The translations under genes were made by a program, and so were the position numbers. Shown here piece by piece: positions 8,707 through 18,168 of a stretch of DNA of 51,880 nucleotides. Source of the DNA: Candidatus Microgenomates bacterium. Its GTDB lineage: Bacteria > Patescibacteriota > Microgenomatia > JACPZF01. The stretch lies in NCBI GenBank assembly GCA_016199065.1, contig JACQHK010000049.1:1-51880 (forward strand). The letters are read 5' to 3'. The notes below the pieces were generated by a model. The model did not search any database. It saw only the letters and a list, made by a program, of their open reading frames with translations, and was not told where the DNA came from. Position 1 is the stretch's first letter. Each line of letters begins with the position of its first letter.

Positions 8707-9147
8707 TCACGGATTAATTACAGAATAGTTACACGCCGTTCCACAACTGGCACCTCCTGCACAGTTTGCCGGAACTCCCGCACTCGAGTTTTCCAAAGAC
8801 GCACAAAGTGCATAACCGGCACCTGCGGACAGCGTGACATAATAATATTGTCTGGTTGCTAAACTGTCGGTGGGTAGTGTAGAAATATACTGTGTTGGAG
8901 AAACTAAAACATTGAGCGGGGCCGAACTGTTACTAACCACGCCGCTGGTTGCAGGATAAGTACCTTTATCTGCTTTATAAGTCTCTAGTGCACCCCTAAT
9001 CTGTTCTAAATCGGCTTTGCGTTTGGCATCTCGCGCAGTACCCCGTGCTGACAAAAAGGCAGCCGCTGTCATGGCTAATAAAAGACCAATGATACCTAGT
9101 ACAATCAAAATCTCAAGAAGCGTAAAACCGCTTTTTTGATTCTTCAT
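8707..9147 (-). CDS. type IV pilin / GspG-like pseudopilin
   Basis: MKNQKSGFTLLEILIVLGIIGLL followed by ARDAKRKADLEQIRGALETY, the GspG/pilin signature; 146 aa. Confidence 0.85.
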   Translation of the reverse strand: MKNQKSGFTLLEILIVLGIIGLLLAMTAAAFLSARGTARDAKRKADLEQIRGALETYKADKGTYPATSGVVSNSSAPLNVLVSPTQYISTLPTDSLATRQYYYVTLSAGAGYALCASLENSSAGVPANCAGGASCGTACNYSVINP

Positions 9148-9196
9148 AGTTTTTATCTTATTTGCTATTAGCTAATAGCTATTGGCCATTAGCTAG

Positions 9197-9655
9197 TTAT
9201 GGTATATGACAAGCCACTGATGTGTTGCTCGAGCAAACTGAATTTAAGACTCCTGTTCGTCCGTTAAAACATACCTCCCAACAAGTTCCTACCTCTAAAT
9301 CAGCCTGAACGACAAAAGTAGTTCCGTTAGAGATGAAATAATATTTTTTTGTGGGAATTGACAAACCCCGGGGAGGACTCCCTCCCAAATAAGAACTGAG
9401 CGGACCATTGGATGTAAAAATACTGTTGGCGGTAGTTTCTGAGTCATGAACGGCGCCTCCGGTTGTCGGATAAGAACCGTTTGTGGTGTAATATTGTTCC
9501 AAGGCAACTTTATACTGCGCCAAATCAGCTTTTCTTATAGTATCTCTTCCTTGTTTACGCGCGGTAGAAAAAGCGCCTAAAGCCAAGCTTCCCAAAATGG
9601 CCATGATGGCTATGACGATTAATAATTCAATTAAAGAAAAGCCCTTTTTATTCAT
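9197..9655 (-). CDS. type IV pilin / GspG-like pseudopilin
   Basis: ATG at 9655 gives MNKKGFSLIELLIVIAIMAIL followed by RDTIRKADLAQYKVALEQYY. The upstream ORF-track extension to 9709 falls in the TGTAAATT repeat. Confidence 0.85.
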   Translation of the reverse strand: MNKKGFSLIELLIVIAIMAILGSLALGAFSTARKQGRDTIRKADLAQYKVALEQYYTTNGSYPTTGGAVHDSETTANSIFTSNGPLSSYLGGSPPRGLSIPTKKYYFISNGTTFVVQADLEVGTCWEVCFNGRTGVLNSVCSSNTSVACHIP

Positions 9656-9695
9656 ATTTTTATTGTAAATTGTACATTTTAAATTGTAAATTAAT

Positions 9696-10256
9696 TTATT
9701 GTGCATCACAAATTACGTACCAAGTCGGATCGTAGGCATAAGACGACATAAAGCCAGTATTGCAATTAGCCTGCGAGGAAGCCAGATCAGGATCGTTTGG
9801 TCTTTCCAATTTGGTAACCATAATATAGCTTAAACTACCTGTTGGGTCACGTTGATAAAAATATGACTGGCTGCCTTTGGGATCTTTAGGAAGTGCGGCC
9901 ATATACGTAATGCTATCCTGCACAAACGGCGTTCCCCAGTCACAAATCTGCTTATTAAGATAAGTACCACAACCTTCTACTCTGCCATTTGTTGAGGTAA
10001 ACGCCGGAGGCCAAGTACCATCGCTGGGGGGATATTCACCTTTGATACTGAAATATAATTCCAGAGAAGTACGTAATTCTCGAATGTCGTTTTTACGTTT
10101 AGCGTCCCTGCCTTTGGCTAAATTACCGTAAATATTGATCATAATTAAACCGGAGAGAAGAGCCATGACGGAAACCGTTACCAGAAGTTCAATTAAAGTA
10201 AAGCCCGATCTGGCGATAGGTACGTTATGGTTTGAAACAAAGGCAAGCTTTTTCAT
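9696..10256 (-). CDS. type IV pilin / GspG-like pseudopilin
   Basis: ATG at 10256 gives MKKLAFVSNHNVPIARSGFTLIELLVTVSVMALL followed by RDAKRKNDIRELRTSLELYF. Confidence 0.8.
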   Translation of the reverse strand: MKKLAFVSNHNVPIARSGFTLIELLVTVSVMALLSGLIMINIYGNLAKGRDAKRKNDIRELRTSLELYFSIKGEYPPSDGTWPPAFTSTNGRVEGCGTYLNKQICDWGTPFVQDSITYMAALPKDPKGSQSYFYQRDPTGSLSYIMVTKLERPNDPDLASSQANCNTGFMSSYAYDPTWYVICDAQ

Positions 10257-10423
10257 CCTTAATACAGTATTAGTGTTCAGGGTAATAAATGTCAAATGGT
10301 CAACAGCTCGTAACTCTGACATGATTATTCTTCGAGTAACCCCGCTAAGCGGGGGAATTGCAAAGTTCTCGACTTCACTTCGTTACGCTCGAACAGTAAT
10401 ATTTGTGTTGGAAGCGTGAATCG

Positions 10424-11686
10424 CTACCGAGTAACTGATCTCTTTCGGATTAAGACAAGAAAAATTAACAAACAACAAAACCAGGCTGCAATATTAAAAA
10501 ATAAAAAGATTGGTAAATTAATCAATTCGCCTAAAGACTTGGCAAAAGAGGATATTTCCGCAGGATGTGTTAAAGAAATTAATTTCCAACGGGTTAAGGT
10601 GAATTTTTCTTCAGCCAAAAACACCAACAACCAGGAAAGTTCGAGAACCAAGGAGGCTAGGGAATAAGAAAAAAAGAGCGTTAAGTTGCGGAATTTTTTT
10701 TCCATCAGAACCATGCTCAAAAATGGTACAACCCACAGTAAGTAGTGAGGACTAAAAAAGCTGGCCAAAAGATAAACTGAGAGAAAAGAAATTAGAATAT
10801 TAACTGTTAAGTTAAACTTCTTGATGAGTAGAATAAAGATGCTCAAAAAAACGGAAATAAATAAAATTTCCAGGTGATTACTAACCAGCAGATCATTGAT
10901 ACTTATTGGCAAAGGGATAAAGAGTTCAAGGAGTTTCTTAAAGGCTAAAAATCCCCAAAATCCCCAAAAGGGAGGCTGATAGGTCAAGATTCTCACCAAA
11001 ACATACTCCAGATTATTAAAAAGCGGCAGAAAAACCAGGATTAAGGGAATAAAAGCGCCAAAACTAAAAATAAATATGTTAACGAATTTTTGTGCAATAT
11101 TTCCTTTTGCAGTCGCATACCATAAATAAATAACATAGGCTGGTATGGTAATGAACGGAATAATCTTTATACAGCTGGCTAATCCCCAAAATAGACCGGC
11201 GACGAAAATTTTTTTCCTGTTTAGTTTTTCTCTGAGAAATAGTACGGAAACCAGAAGAGGCAGTAAAAATAAACTTTCTAGCTGGCCCTGGTAAGCAGAC
11301 ACTACGATCGTCAGTGGGTTTAAAAAATAGAGCCCGGAGTAAAAAATTCGTTTTAAAAAAGGCAGGGAAGTATCATAGTAAAAAAGTATTAAAAAAATTC
11401 CCAAATCGGCAAAAATAAAGGGCAGTTTAGACCAAAAAGATAACCAAACTCCGGTTCGTTCTGACAAAATGCCTAATAAGTTAATTAACCAACCCCAAAC
11501 CGGCGGATTATTATAATAAACCCAATTGTCGTTATAAATACCATTCCCCTTTTTTATTTCGTAAAAAACCTCATAAACAGAATCCGTATCTAAAGGTGAC
11601 AATCCGTACCAAGCAATCAACAACCTAATACCCATTCCTACGAAGACAACTATTAAGAATATTAATAAATTAGACCTCTTCGTCAT
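10424..11686 (-). CDS. polytopic membrane protein, GT-C-fold-like putative glycosyltransferase
   Basis: 420 aa with at least 10 predicted TM helices. An acidic DTD motif (LSPLDTDSVYEVF) lies in the first loop after TM1, as in GT-C enzymes. The gene is embedded in the pilus operon. Confidence 0.45.
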   Translation of the reverse strand: MTKRSNLLIFLIVVFVGMGIRLLIAWYGLSPLDTDSVYEVFYEIKKGNGIYNDNWVYYNNPPVWGWLINLLGILSERTGVWLSFWSKLPFIFADLGIFLILFYYDTSLPFLKRIFYSGLYFLNPLTIVVSAYQGQLESLFLLPLLVSVLFLREKLNRKKIFVAGLFWGLASCIKIIPFITIPAYVIYLWYATAKGNIAQKFVNIFIFSFGAFIPLILVFLPLFNNLEYVLVRILTYQPPFWGFWGFLAFKKLLELFIPLPISINDLLVSNHLEILFISVFLSIFILLIKKFNLTVNILISFLSVYLLASFFSPHYLLWVVPFLSMVLMEKKFRNLTLFFSYSLASLVLELSWLLVFLAEEKFTLTRWKLISLTHPAEISSFAKSLGELINLPIFLFFNIAAWFCCLLIFLVLIRKRSVTR

Positions 11687-11718
11687 AAAAAGTTTATTTC
11701 TATAATAACCAAAGTTAT

Positions 11719-13305
11719 TTAAATAACTCGAAAAATTTTCACTCCGTCTCCCTGATAGATTTTTTTAAGATATTTTTTTTCATCCCATTTCCCAAAGTCT
11801 TGTGCTTCTGCTCCCTTTTTACCAAGAAACAGATACTTGATGTTATTTTTCTTTAAAAAACCTTTCCGTTCGTAATCGTTGTCTTCCAGAAAAAATCCTT
11901 TTACCTCAAACGTTTTTTGTTCCGGATTAATCGTTAAAGCAGTTCCTACTGCATGTCCAAAATATACGGTTCGGTTAATCAAGCCGGGAATTAAAGGGCT
12001 GTAAAAACCGTCAGCTAATATGATATCGCTTTCCCTACTTGTTGCTTTTAAAAAAGCCAGTCCTTTTTGATCTTCAACATAGATAAAAAAAGGTGATTCT
12101 TGTTGTTGACGGGAAAAAGCAGTCAGGTCTTGATAAACTAAATACAAATTAGTTGAGGAAACTAAGACGAAGAGAACTGGTAAAAATAATCTCCCGGCAA
12201 GAGATGTCTTTCTTTTAAAAAAGAGTACTCCTTTTTGATATATTGCCGATATCTCCGGTGCGGCAAATATCACCAGCGGAATAAAAACACCCTCTAAAAA
12301 TCTTCTTTGAAACGGTAGAGGAGAAAAAACCAATAATAAGCTACTAAGTAACCAGAAGAGATTCAGTCTGTAAAACGGGGACATACGTTCCCAAGACGCG
12401 GTGAAGATATTCTTAAAAGCCAAAATCCCGATCAGGCCAAAACCGGTCACGAATGAAAAAAGTGAAGGATTGCTTAAATTGGTTTGTTTTGTCCAGGCTT
12501 CCACGTCGGGGTATTGTTTAATGAGGAAAAATTGCCCGACGATTACCAGCAATGCCGGACCGAACGTCACCAAAAACGAGGGTAAAAAGGAAAGAGGATT
12601 ACCTTTTCTGTCTTGTAAAAATCCTAAATAGAGAAAGACCGCCAAAAAAACTGTAAAAAGCGAAAATTGGTGTTCAAAAGCTAAGAGTAATAATAAAAAT
12701 GACAAATAAAGTAAATAAATTTTCTGACGGGAACTTAAAAATTTCGACAAAACATAAAACGCGCCCAAAATTATGATTTGAAAATAAATAAAACTGGGGG
12801 TATACAAAATAGTATGGAAAACATTGGCCTCAGGTATCCATAAATCTATTGACTGAGGCGCAAAAAAATTAACTAAAAAACCCACTCCTGAGGAAAAAAG
12901 TAAGAGTAGGCAAGACCAAATTTTTCCGGTGCTATTTTTAATTTCCAACGAAAGGTATTTCCAAAAAAGAAATACGAATGTAATAGAGTAGAAAAACTTT
13001 CCTAACAAGAAAATTTGTAAATCGGAAAACGGAAGAAATTTAGCTAACATTACCAAAGGCAAATACGACGGGGCAAAAAATATTCTTGCCTGAGATTCTG
13101 AAGTAAAAAGATTTTTGGTAAGAATTTCTCCGTCTCTCATCTGCGAATAAACCATCGACAAAATTTCCCCGCTTGAAGGCAGATGTCCACCCAAGAAAAC
13201 CATGTCTGAAGGCGTGTGTAAAATCCCCCAGAATTGGGCGAAGTTGGATAACAAAAAGGCCGCTGTACTTAAAATAAAAATAGTAATCAGGTCTTTTTTG
13301 AACAT
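11719..13305 (-). CDS. polytopic membrane protein with a C-terminal soluble domain, GT-C-like (putative)
   Basis: 528 aa with many TM helices across the first ~390 aa, then a ~130-aa hydrophilic C-terminal domain. No diagnostic motif was seen. Confidence 0.35.
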   Translation of the reverse strand: MFKKDLITIFILSTAAFLLSNFAQFWGILHTPSDMVFLGGHLPSSGEILSMVYSQMRDGEILTKNLFTSESQARIFFAPSYLPLVMLAKFLPFSDLQIFLLGKFFYSITFVFLFWKYLSLEIKNSTGKIWSCLLLLFSSGVGFLVNFFAPQSIDLWIPEANVFHTILYTPSFIYFQIIILGAFYVLSKFLSSRQKIYLLYLSFLLLLLAFEHQFSLFTVFLAVFLYLGFLQDRKGNPLSFLPSFLVTFGPALLVIVGQFFLIKQYPDVEAWTKQTNLSNPSLFSFVTGFGLIGILAFKNIFTASWERMSPFYRLNLFWLLSSLLLVFSPLPFQRRFLEGVFIPLVIFAAPEISAIYQKGVLFFKRKTSLAGRLFLPVLFVLVSSTNLYLVYQDLTAFSRQQQESPFFIYVEDQKGLAFLKATSRESDIILADGFYSPLIPGLINRTVYFGHAVGTALTINPEQKTFEVKGFFLEDNDYERKGFLKKNNIKYLFLGKKGAEAQDFGKWDEKKYLKKIYQGDGVKIFRVI

Positions 13306-13495
13306 ATATACTTAATTTTCAATTTTCTTAATTTTCCCTGCCTGACCGGCAGGCGGGCAATTTTCAAAAAAATTTTCAATGTTCTAATTTAGAAAATTCA
13401 ATTAGTTCGACTAACTGGCGAATCCGAAAATTGAAATATTGTAAATTAAGACTTTTCTGGAAAATTGTAAAATTACGTAAATTTGTAAATTATAT
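13306..13495. repeat. intergenic AATTTTC/GAAAATT-GTAAATT repeat element with a GC hairpin
   Basis: AATTTTC units flank the hairpin CCTGCC-TGACC-GGCAGG. Downstream, GGAAAATTGTAAAATTACGTAAATTTGTAAATTA parallels 48828-48861. Confidence 0.7.
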
Positions 13496-14971
13496 TTATC
13501 TCTTTCTCACAAATATTGCTGCTTTTTCGTCTTCAAAAATAACCTCCCATTTCCCTTCAGCCACCTGGCGTTTTAAATAAAAATATAAACGGAGAGTTGT
13601 CGGCAGATATGCCGCATCGAAATTGTATTTGTTAAATAACTCAAGGTCTCCTTTATACAAAATTGTCTGATGATCAACAAAAGGACTGTAGCTATCTTTC
13701 TTCCACTGATCCATTCGTCCGTCAACAAAAATCTTACTCTTGGGATTGTGCCAAATCGTAAATCCGCCAAAGTTATAATAAGTAAAGACTTTTTTAGGCA
13801 AGGGATTTTTCTGCAAAAATGCCGCCGCACGTACCGAGCATCCTGCTCCTAAATCACAATAGTCTGCCCAGGAAATATTTAAAAATTTTGACTGTGGAAA
13901 ACGTACTAAAAAACCGTAATTAATAAAGGTAATTATTAAAATAAAGGATACAATGTTGGCGGTTTTGCCTTTTAAGAAAATTTTTCCCTCCTGTAAAAAC
14001 TCCAAGAAAAAAGGCAAAGTAACTAGAAAAAACGGGCCAAACATCCTTCGGGAATTAAAAGCAAAAAAGGCAAAGGCAAGTGTAATTAGAGCCTTATATA
14101 AGCCAAAAACCGTACGCCTTTTGCGTAAAACAATCACCAGCGACAAAATTGTCCAAACGATCAGTAACAACCATTCTTCGCTTTGTAAAGAGATCGGATA
14201 CCATTCGCTTACTCCTTCAATCCTGTTAGTAGGAAGGTACTGCCAAATTTGCCCAAAAAGTCCTGGTCCATCCAACTGCAACACGAGCACTACCGCTGAT
14301 AATATTGTACCGGCGGATAAATTAACTATCTTATTCTTTAAACTCTTCGCGTCCAGAGAGCTCCTAAACAACAAGAGCTCGGTAATTTTTAATAGAGAAT
14401 AGAGAAAAACTATAAACAACCCCAAGAGAAAGGTTCCGTGAAGGTTAACCCAAGCTAAAATTACCAGAGGAAATAGGAGTGCTTTTTTATAATTACCCTT
14501 TTCCACCTCATACACCAAAAGCGAAAGCAACGAGATTCCTAAAAGAGTAATGATTTGAGGTCTTAACCCTGGAGTAAGCATTGGTCCTAAGTAAAAATAA
14601 AAAAGTAAAATAACAATCCATAAAATAGTCAGGCCCGGTTTAAATGCTTTAGTTACAAAGTAAAAACAAGAAATGATTAATAGTCCCCCAAAAAAAGACA
14701 GGGCAATAAATCCAAACTGAGTAAATAACAGATATTCCAAGAGATTAAACAGCCACGATATGTCAAACCAGGGATACTGTGGAAGGGTCCAGGAAAAGAT
14801 ATCTTGCCTTAAAAGATTTTGATTTTGCCAAAGGTATTCTCCGTATTTTAATCTCCAGCCCAAATCAGTATCGCTGGTTGGTGAAACTAAGAGGAAAAAA
14901 AGAGCAGCAAAAGAAAAAAAATATCTTAAAAACTCGTTAGCAGCAATTCTCTCAACTAACCTGTACAACAT
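13496..14971 (-). CDS. polytopic membrane protein, GT-C-fold-like putative glycosyltransferase
   Basis: 491 aa. It has a first-loop DTD motif (SPTSDTDLGWRLKYGEY) and about 11 TM helices plus a C-terminal soluble domain. Confidence 0.4.
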   Translation of the reverse strand: MLYRLVERIAANEFLRYFFSFAALFFLLVSPTSDTDLGWRLKYGEYLWQNQNLLRQDIFSWTLPQYPWFDISWLFNLLEYLLFTQFGFIALSFFGGLLIISCFYFVTKAFKPGLTILWIVILLFYFYLGPMLTPGLRPQIITLLGISLLSLLVYEVEKGNYKKALLFPLVILAWVNLHGTFLLGLFIVFLYSLLKITELLLFRSSLDAKSLKNKIVNLSAGTILSAVVLVLQLDGPGLFGQIWQYLPTNRIEGVSEWYPISLQSEEWLLLIVWTILSLVIVLRKRRTVFGLYKALITLAFAFFAFNSRRMFGPFFLVTLPFFLEFLQEGKIFLKGKTANIVSFILIITFINYGFLVRFPQSKFLNISWADYCDLGAGCSVRAAAFLQKNPLPKKVFTYYNFGGFTIWHNPKSKIFVDGRMDQWKKDSYSPFVDHQTILYKGDLELFNKYNFDAAYLPTTLRLYFYLKRQVAEGKWEVIFEDEKAAIFVRKR

Positions 14972-15044
14972 ACGGGCGATTATATCACTCTTATTTTACC
15001 CCCGGGGTGTAATATTTCACACCCCGGTAGTGTATTTAAACTCC

Positions 15045-15072
15045 ACCAAAAACCCCGACCGTAGTCGGGGTT
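15045..15072 (-). terminator. rho-independent terminator after the candidate major pilin gene
   Basis: On the minus strand: AACCCCGAC-UACG-GUCGGGGUU followed by UUUUGG. The 9-bp GC-rich stem starts 22 nt after the stop codon. A second 9-bp hairpin lies at 15002-15027. Confidence 0.75.
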
Positions 15073-15093
15073 GAATTTCTTTAGCTTAAGCTG

Positions 15094-15669
15094 TTATGGC
15101 AAACAGACATAACAGTCTTTACTCGTATTACAGGTAGTTGATGCACCTACTGTACCGGCACATGCCTGACTACTTGCGCCAAATGGTGTACCGGCTGTCG
15201 TGTTCGTATTTTTACATCGGTTATAAGCTTCCGTTAAGAACGAATTTGACTTGGGCAGGAAACAAGCATACATCGTCGGTGAAGCCGAGGTATTATCATA
15301 TAAGACATACAGCGGTGTTCTTTTCGTATCCTGCAGTCTCAGCACAAAGCCGTGTTTAACCTCTTGCGTTGCTTCCAAATTATTTAAGAAGGCACGACTG
15401 GTATCGAGATTGACAACATTCTGCCAAACTAAGTTCAAAAAAGTATCAGTTGTACCGTTCTGCCAAGGAAAATAACCTAAGGAAGCGTAATAACGATCAA
15501 CGCCAGATAAAAGCTGTTCTGCATCAGATCTTAAGCCAGTATCATTACCTTTGTTAATCTGCTCAAGAGGATTAATAGCCGAAAGTACCGCCGTGGCCAT
15601 GACTCCGATTACTGCGATGACTACCAGAAGCTCAATCATCGTAAAGGCCTTTTGGGCAACTTTTTTCAT
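15094..15669 (-). CDS. type IV pilin (candidate major pilin)
   Basis: MKKVAQKAFTMIELLVVIAVIGVMATAVL prepilin motif. It lies immediately downstream of pilC, is followed by a strong terminator and has a Cys-containing C-terminal region. Confidence 0.8.
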   Translation of the reverse strand: MKKVAQKAFTMIELLVVIAVIGVMATAVLSAINPLEQINKGNDTGLRSDAEQLLSGVDRYYASLGYFPWQNGTTDTFLNLVWQNVVNLDTSRAFLNNLEATQEVKHGFVLRLQDTKRTPLYVLYDNTSASPTMYACFLPKSNSFLTEAYNRCKNTNTTAGTPFGASSQACAGTVGASTTCNTSKDCYVCLP

Positions 15670-15747
15670 TTTCCTCCTTAAGTTTCTTGCCCTACGAAGA
15701 TTTAGTTAAAAATAGGGCAGACTCTTAAAATTACTATTAATTTATTA

Positions 15748-16953
15748 TTATATCGCGCTGGTAATTTTGTAAATGGGTAATATTATAGAGATGACTAAAA
15801 AGCCAACTCCGACACCCAATACAATCATGATAATTGGCTCTAAGGCAGTTGTCAACCCTTTGATCAACTGCTCACTTTCGCTTTCAAAATAGTAGGAAAG
15901 TTTTAATAAAGATTCATCCAATTTACCCGTTTCTTCTCCGACCTTGATCATTTGGGTGACAATCGGAGGAAAAACCTCTTTTTGTCCTAAAGAAACTCCC
16001 AGAGGAAAACCTTTTTCCACATGTTTTGATCCATACTCTAAGGCTTTTTCAAAAACTACGTTGTCTGAAGATGCCGCAACAATATTTAAACTTTCAATAA
16101 TCGGTATACCTGCTCCAACCAACAAACCCAATGTTCGACAAATTTCTGCCAGGCTCACTTTTTCCGAGAGGGGACCCAGAAGAGGAATTTTCAGTTTCAC
16201 ACGATCGGTAATTTCTCTTCCACTAGGAGTTTTACGCCAGGCCGAAAATAAGAAAGCCCCACCCACCACTGCAGCAATAATAAGCCACCAAAATAGCAGC
16301 ATGAAGTTGGAGGTGGCGATCAAGATTTTGGTCGGGGCCGGTAAATCCACACTTAAATCCTTATATAAATCCGTCAGTTTGGGAATAACAAAAATCATCA
16401 TGATAAAAGCCACACCGCCCATGCCTAAAATAACAATCACAGGATAAATTAACGCACCTTTTATTTTTGAGTTAAATTCGCGCTGTTTTTCCATATTATC
16501 TGCCAGCTTGGAAAGAACCTTATCCAACATACCCGACGCCTCTCCGGTTTTAAGCAAAGAAATATAGAGCCGGCTAAAAACATTGGGATATTTTTCAAAA
16601 GCATGCGCCAGAGTTGAACCACCTTCTACTTCATGTTTAATACCCGATACGGCATCTTTTAAAACCGGGTTCTGTACCTGGTCATGCAGTAGTTCGAGTG
16701 CTTCAATGATCGGCAATCCAGAAACTATGAGGGTAGCCATTTGTCTGGTCATGGTAGTAACGTCATCTTGTGATACTCGGGAAAGAAATTTTTTGAAATT
16801 TTCCAAGCTTACTTCCGAAGGCGGTCGAATATCAATTACAAAGAGTCCGCGTTCACGTAAAACCGAAGAAGCCACTCGAGGGTCTTTGGCTTCTATATTT
16901 CCTTTTAACAACCTGCCCTGCTGATCACGTACTTTATATTTATAGAGGGCCAT
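15748..16953 (-). CDS. pilC: type IV pilus platform protein PilC (GspF family)
   Basis: 401 aa. It starts MALYKYKVRDQQGRLLKGNIEA and has two GspF-type repeats with three TM segments. Confidence 0.9.
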   Translation of the reverse strand: MALYKYKVRDQQGRLLKGNIEAKDPRVASSVLRERGLFVIDIRPPSEVSLENFKKFLSRVSQDDVTTMTRQMATLIVSGLPIIEALELLHDQVQNPVLKDAVSGIKHEVEGGSTLAHAFEKYPNVFSRLYISLLKTGEASGMLDKVLSKLADNMEKQREFNSKIKGALIYPVIVILGMGGVAFIMMIFVIPKLTDLYKDLSVDLPAPTKILIATSNFMLLFWWLIIAAVVGGAFLFSAWRKTPSGREITDRVKLKIPLLGPLSEKVSLAEICRTLGLLVGAGIPIIESLNIVAASSDNVVFEKALEYGSKHVEKGFPLGVSLGQKEVFPPIVTQMIKVGEETGKLDESLLKLSYYFESESEQLIKGLTTALEPIIMIVLGVGVGFLVISIILPIYKITSAI

Positions 16954-16957
16954 ATAC

Positions 16958-18019
16958 TTACTTTTTGTCTCTTAAGAAGGAAATAAATTCTTCCGGGCGA
17001 TTAGAATAGGTAAGTGCCATATCTTTGTCAATTTTTCCGGCTAAAACTAATTTAGCCAGCGATTTGTCGATTGAGATCATTCCTAATTCACCGGAGGTTT
17101 GAATAATATTGTCAATGAGGTGTGTCTTTCCTTCACGAATGACGGTTTTTACCGAAGGAATACCGGTCAAAATTTCCACCGCCGGGATTCTGCCTCCGTT
17201 CCGCAACGGTATTAAACGTTGCGAAATAACTCCCTCAATTGTACTAGCCAGCTGATGTTTTACCTGTTGCTGTTGTTCTTCCGGAAAAACACCCACAATT
17301 CTGTCAATTGTTTGGGAGGCGCTGTTAGTATGCAGGGTCGCAAAAACCAAGTGGCCAGTTTCTGCTACCGTCAAGGCAGCCTGAATCGTTTCATAATCTC
17401 TCATTTCTCCAACCAAAACCACATCCGGATCTTCTCTTAAGACACTTTTAAGAGCCAGATCCCATGAATGGGTATCAAGATGCATTTCGCGTTGGGAAAT
17501 AATGCTAATGTTGGGTGTAAAAACATACTCAATCGGATCCTCAATGGTAACAATGTGAGTTTTTCTGTTACGGTTTATTTCGTTAATTATGGAAGCCAAG
17601 GTTGTAGATTTTCCGTGACCTGTCGGTCCGGTAACTAATACAAAACCCTGTTTTAATTGACCGAAAGTGTGACAAATTTCCGGTAAATTTAACTCGCTGA
17701 TCGTGGGAATCTTCATGGGAATCAGCCTAAAAGCCGAAGCAGGTGTCCCTTTTTGAAAATAAACGTTGACTCTAAAACGTGCCTTATTCTCAAAAGCATA
17801 AGAAAAATCCAATTCCTTATTAGCTAAAAATAATTCTTTCTGTTCCTCGGTCATGATGGAAAACATCATGTTCTTTAGATCATCAGTACCAAGCGGACCC
17901 TGACCTAAAACGGGAGCCAAATCTCCATCGACTCTTAACATGGGTGCTATATCAGTCAATAGATGCAGATCGGAAGCTTTGGAGACCAAAACTGTATTTA
18001 ATAATTGCTGAATATCCAT
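16958..18019 (-). CDS. pilT: type IV pilus retraction ATPase PilT
   Basis: 353 aa with ASDLHL, Walker A GPTGHGKSTTLASII, TIEDPIEY and LVGEMRD motifs. Confidence 0.9.
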   Translation of the reverse strand: MDIQQLLNTVLVSKASDLHLLTDIAPMLRVDGDLAPVLGQGPLGTDDLKNMMFSIMTEEQKELFLANKELDFSYAFENKARFRVNVYFQKGTPASAFRLIPMKIPTISELNLPEICHTFGQLKQGFVLVTGPTGHGKSTTLASIINEINRNRKTHIVTIEDPIEYVFTPNISIISQREMHLDTHSWDLALKSVLREDPDVVLVGEMRDYETIQAALTVAETGHLVFATLHTNSASQTIDRIVGVFPEEQQQQVKHQLASTIEGVISQRLIPLRNGGRIPAVEILTGIPSVKTVIREGKTHLIDNIIQTSGELGMISIDKSLAKLVLAGKIDKDMALTYSNRPEEFISFLRDKK

Positions 18020-18168
18020 AAAACCTCCTCGGCCCTTATATTAAGAAATAGGGCGGTAATTCTTTTAATTTCTAATTTTTCTACCTGCGCAGACAGGCAA
18101 TTTTCATTCAATTTTTAAAAAATAGAGCATTAGATATTGATTAGAAATTGAAAACTGAAAATTAATCA
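18020..18168. repeat. intergenic repeat element with a conserved 42-nt core
   Basis: 18076-18117 (TTTTTCTACCTGCGCAGACAGGCAATTTTCATTCAATTTTTA) matches 22944-22985 at 39/42. GAAAATT units follow. Confidence 0.8.

Noticed and set aside
10340-10354. Hairpin CCCCGCTAAGCGGGG as the terminator of the GT-C gene ending at 10424
   Set aside because: On the minus strand it is followed by TTACTCG rather than a U-tract. An identical copy lies in a divergent promoter region (20066-20080), where a terminator makes no sense.
15944-16924. Plus-strand ORFs 15944-16447 and 16583-16924 inside pilC
   Set aside because: They are antisense to a confidently identified GspF-family gene and show no independent features.
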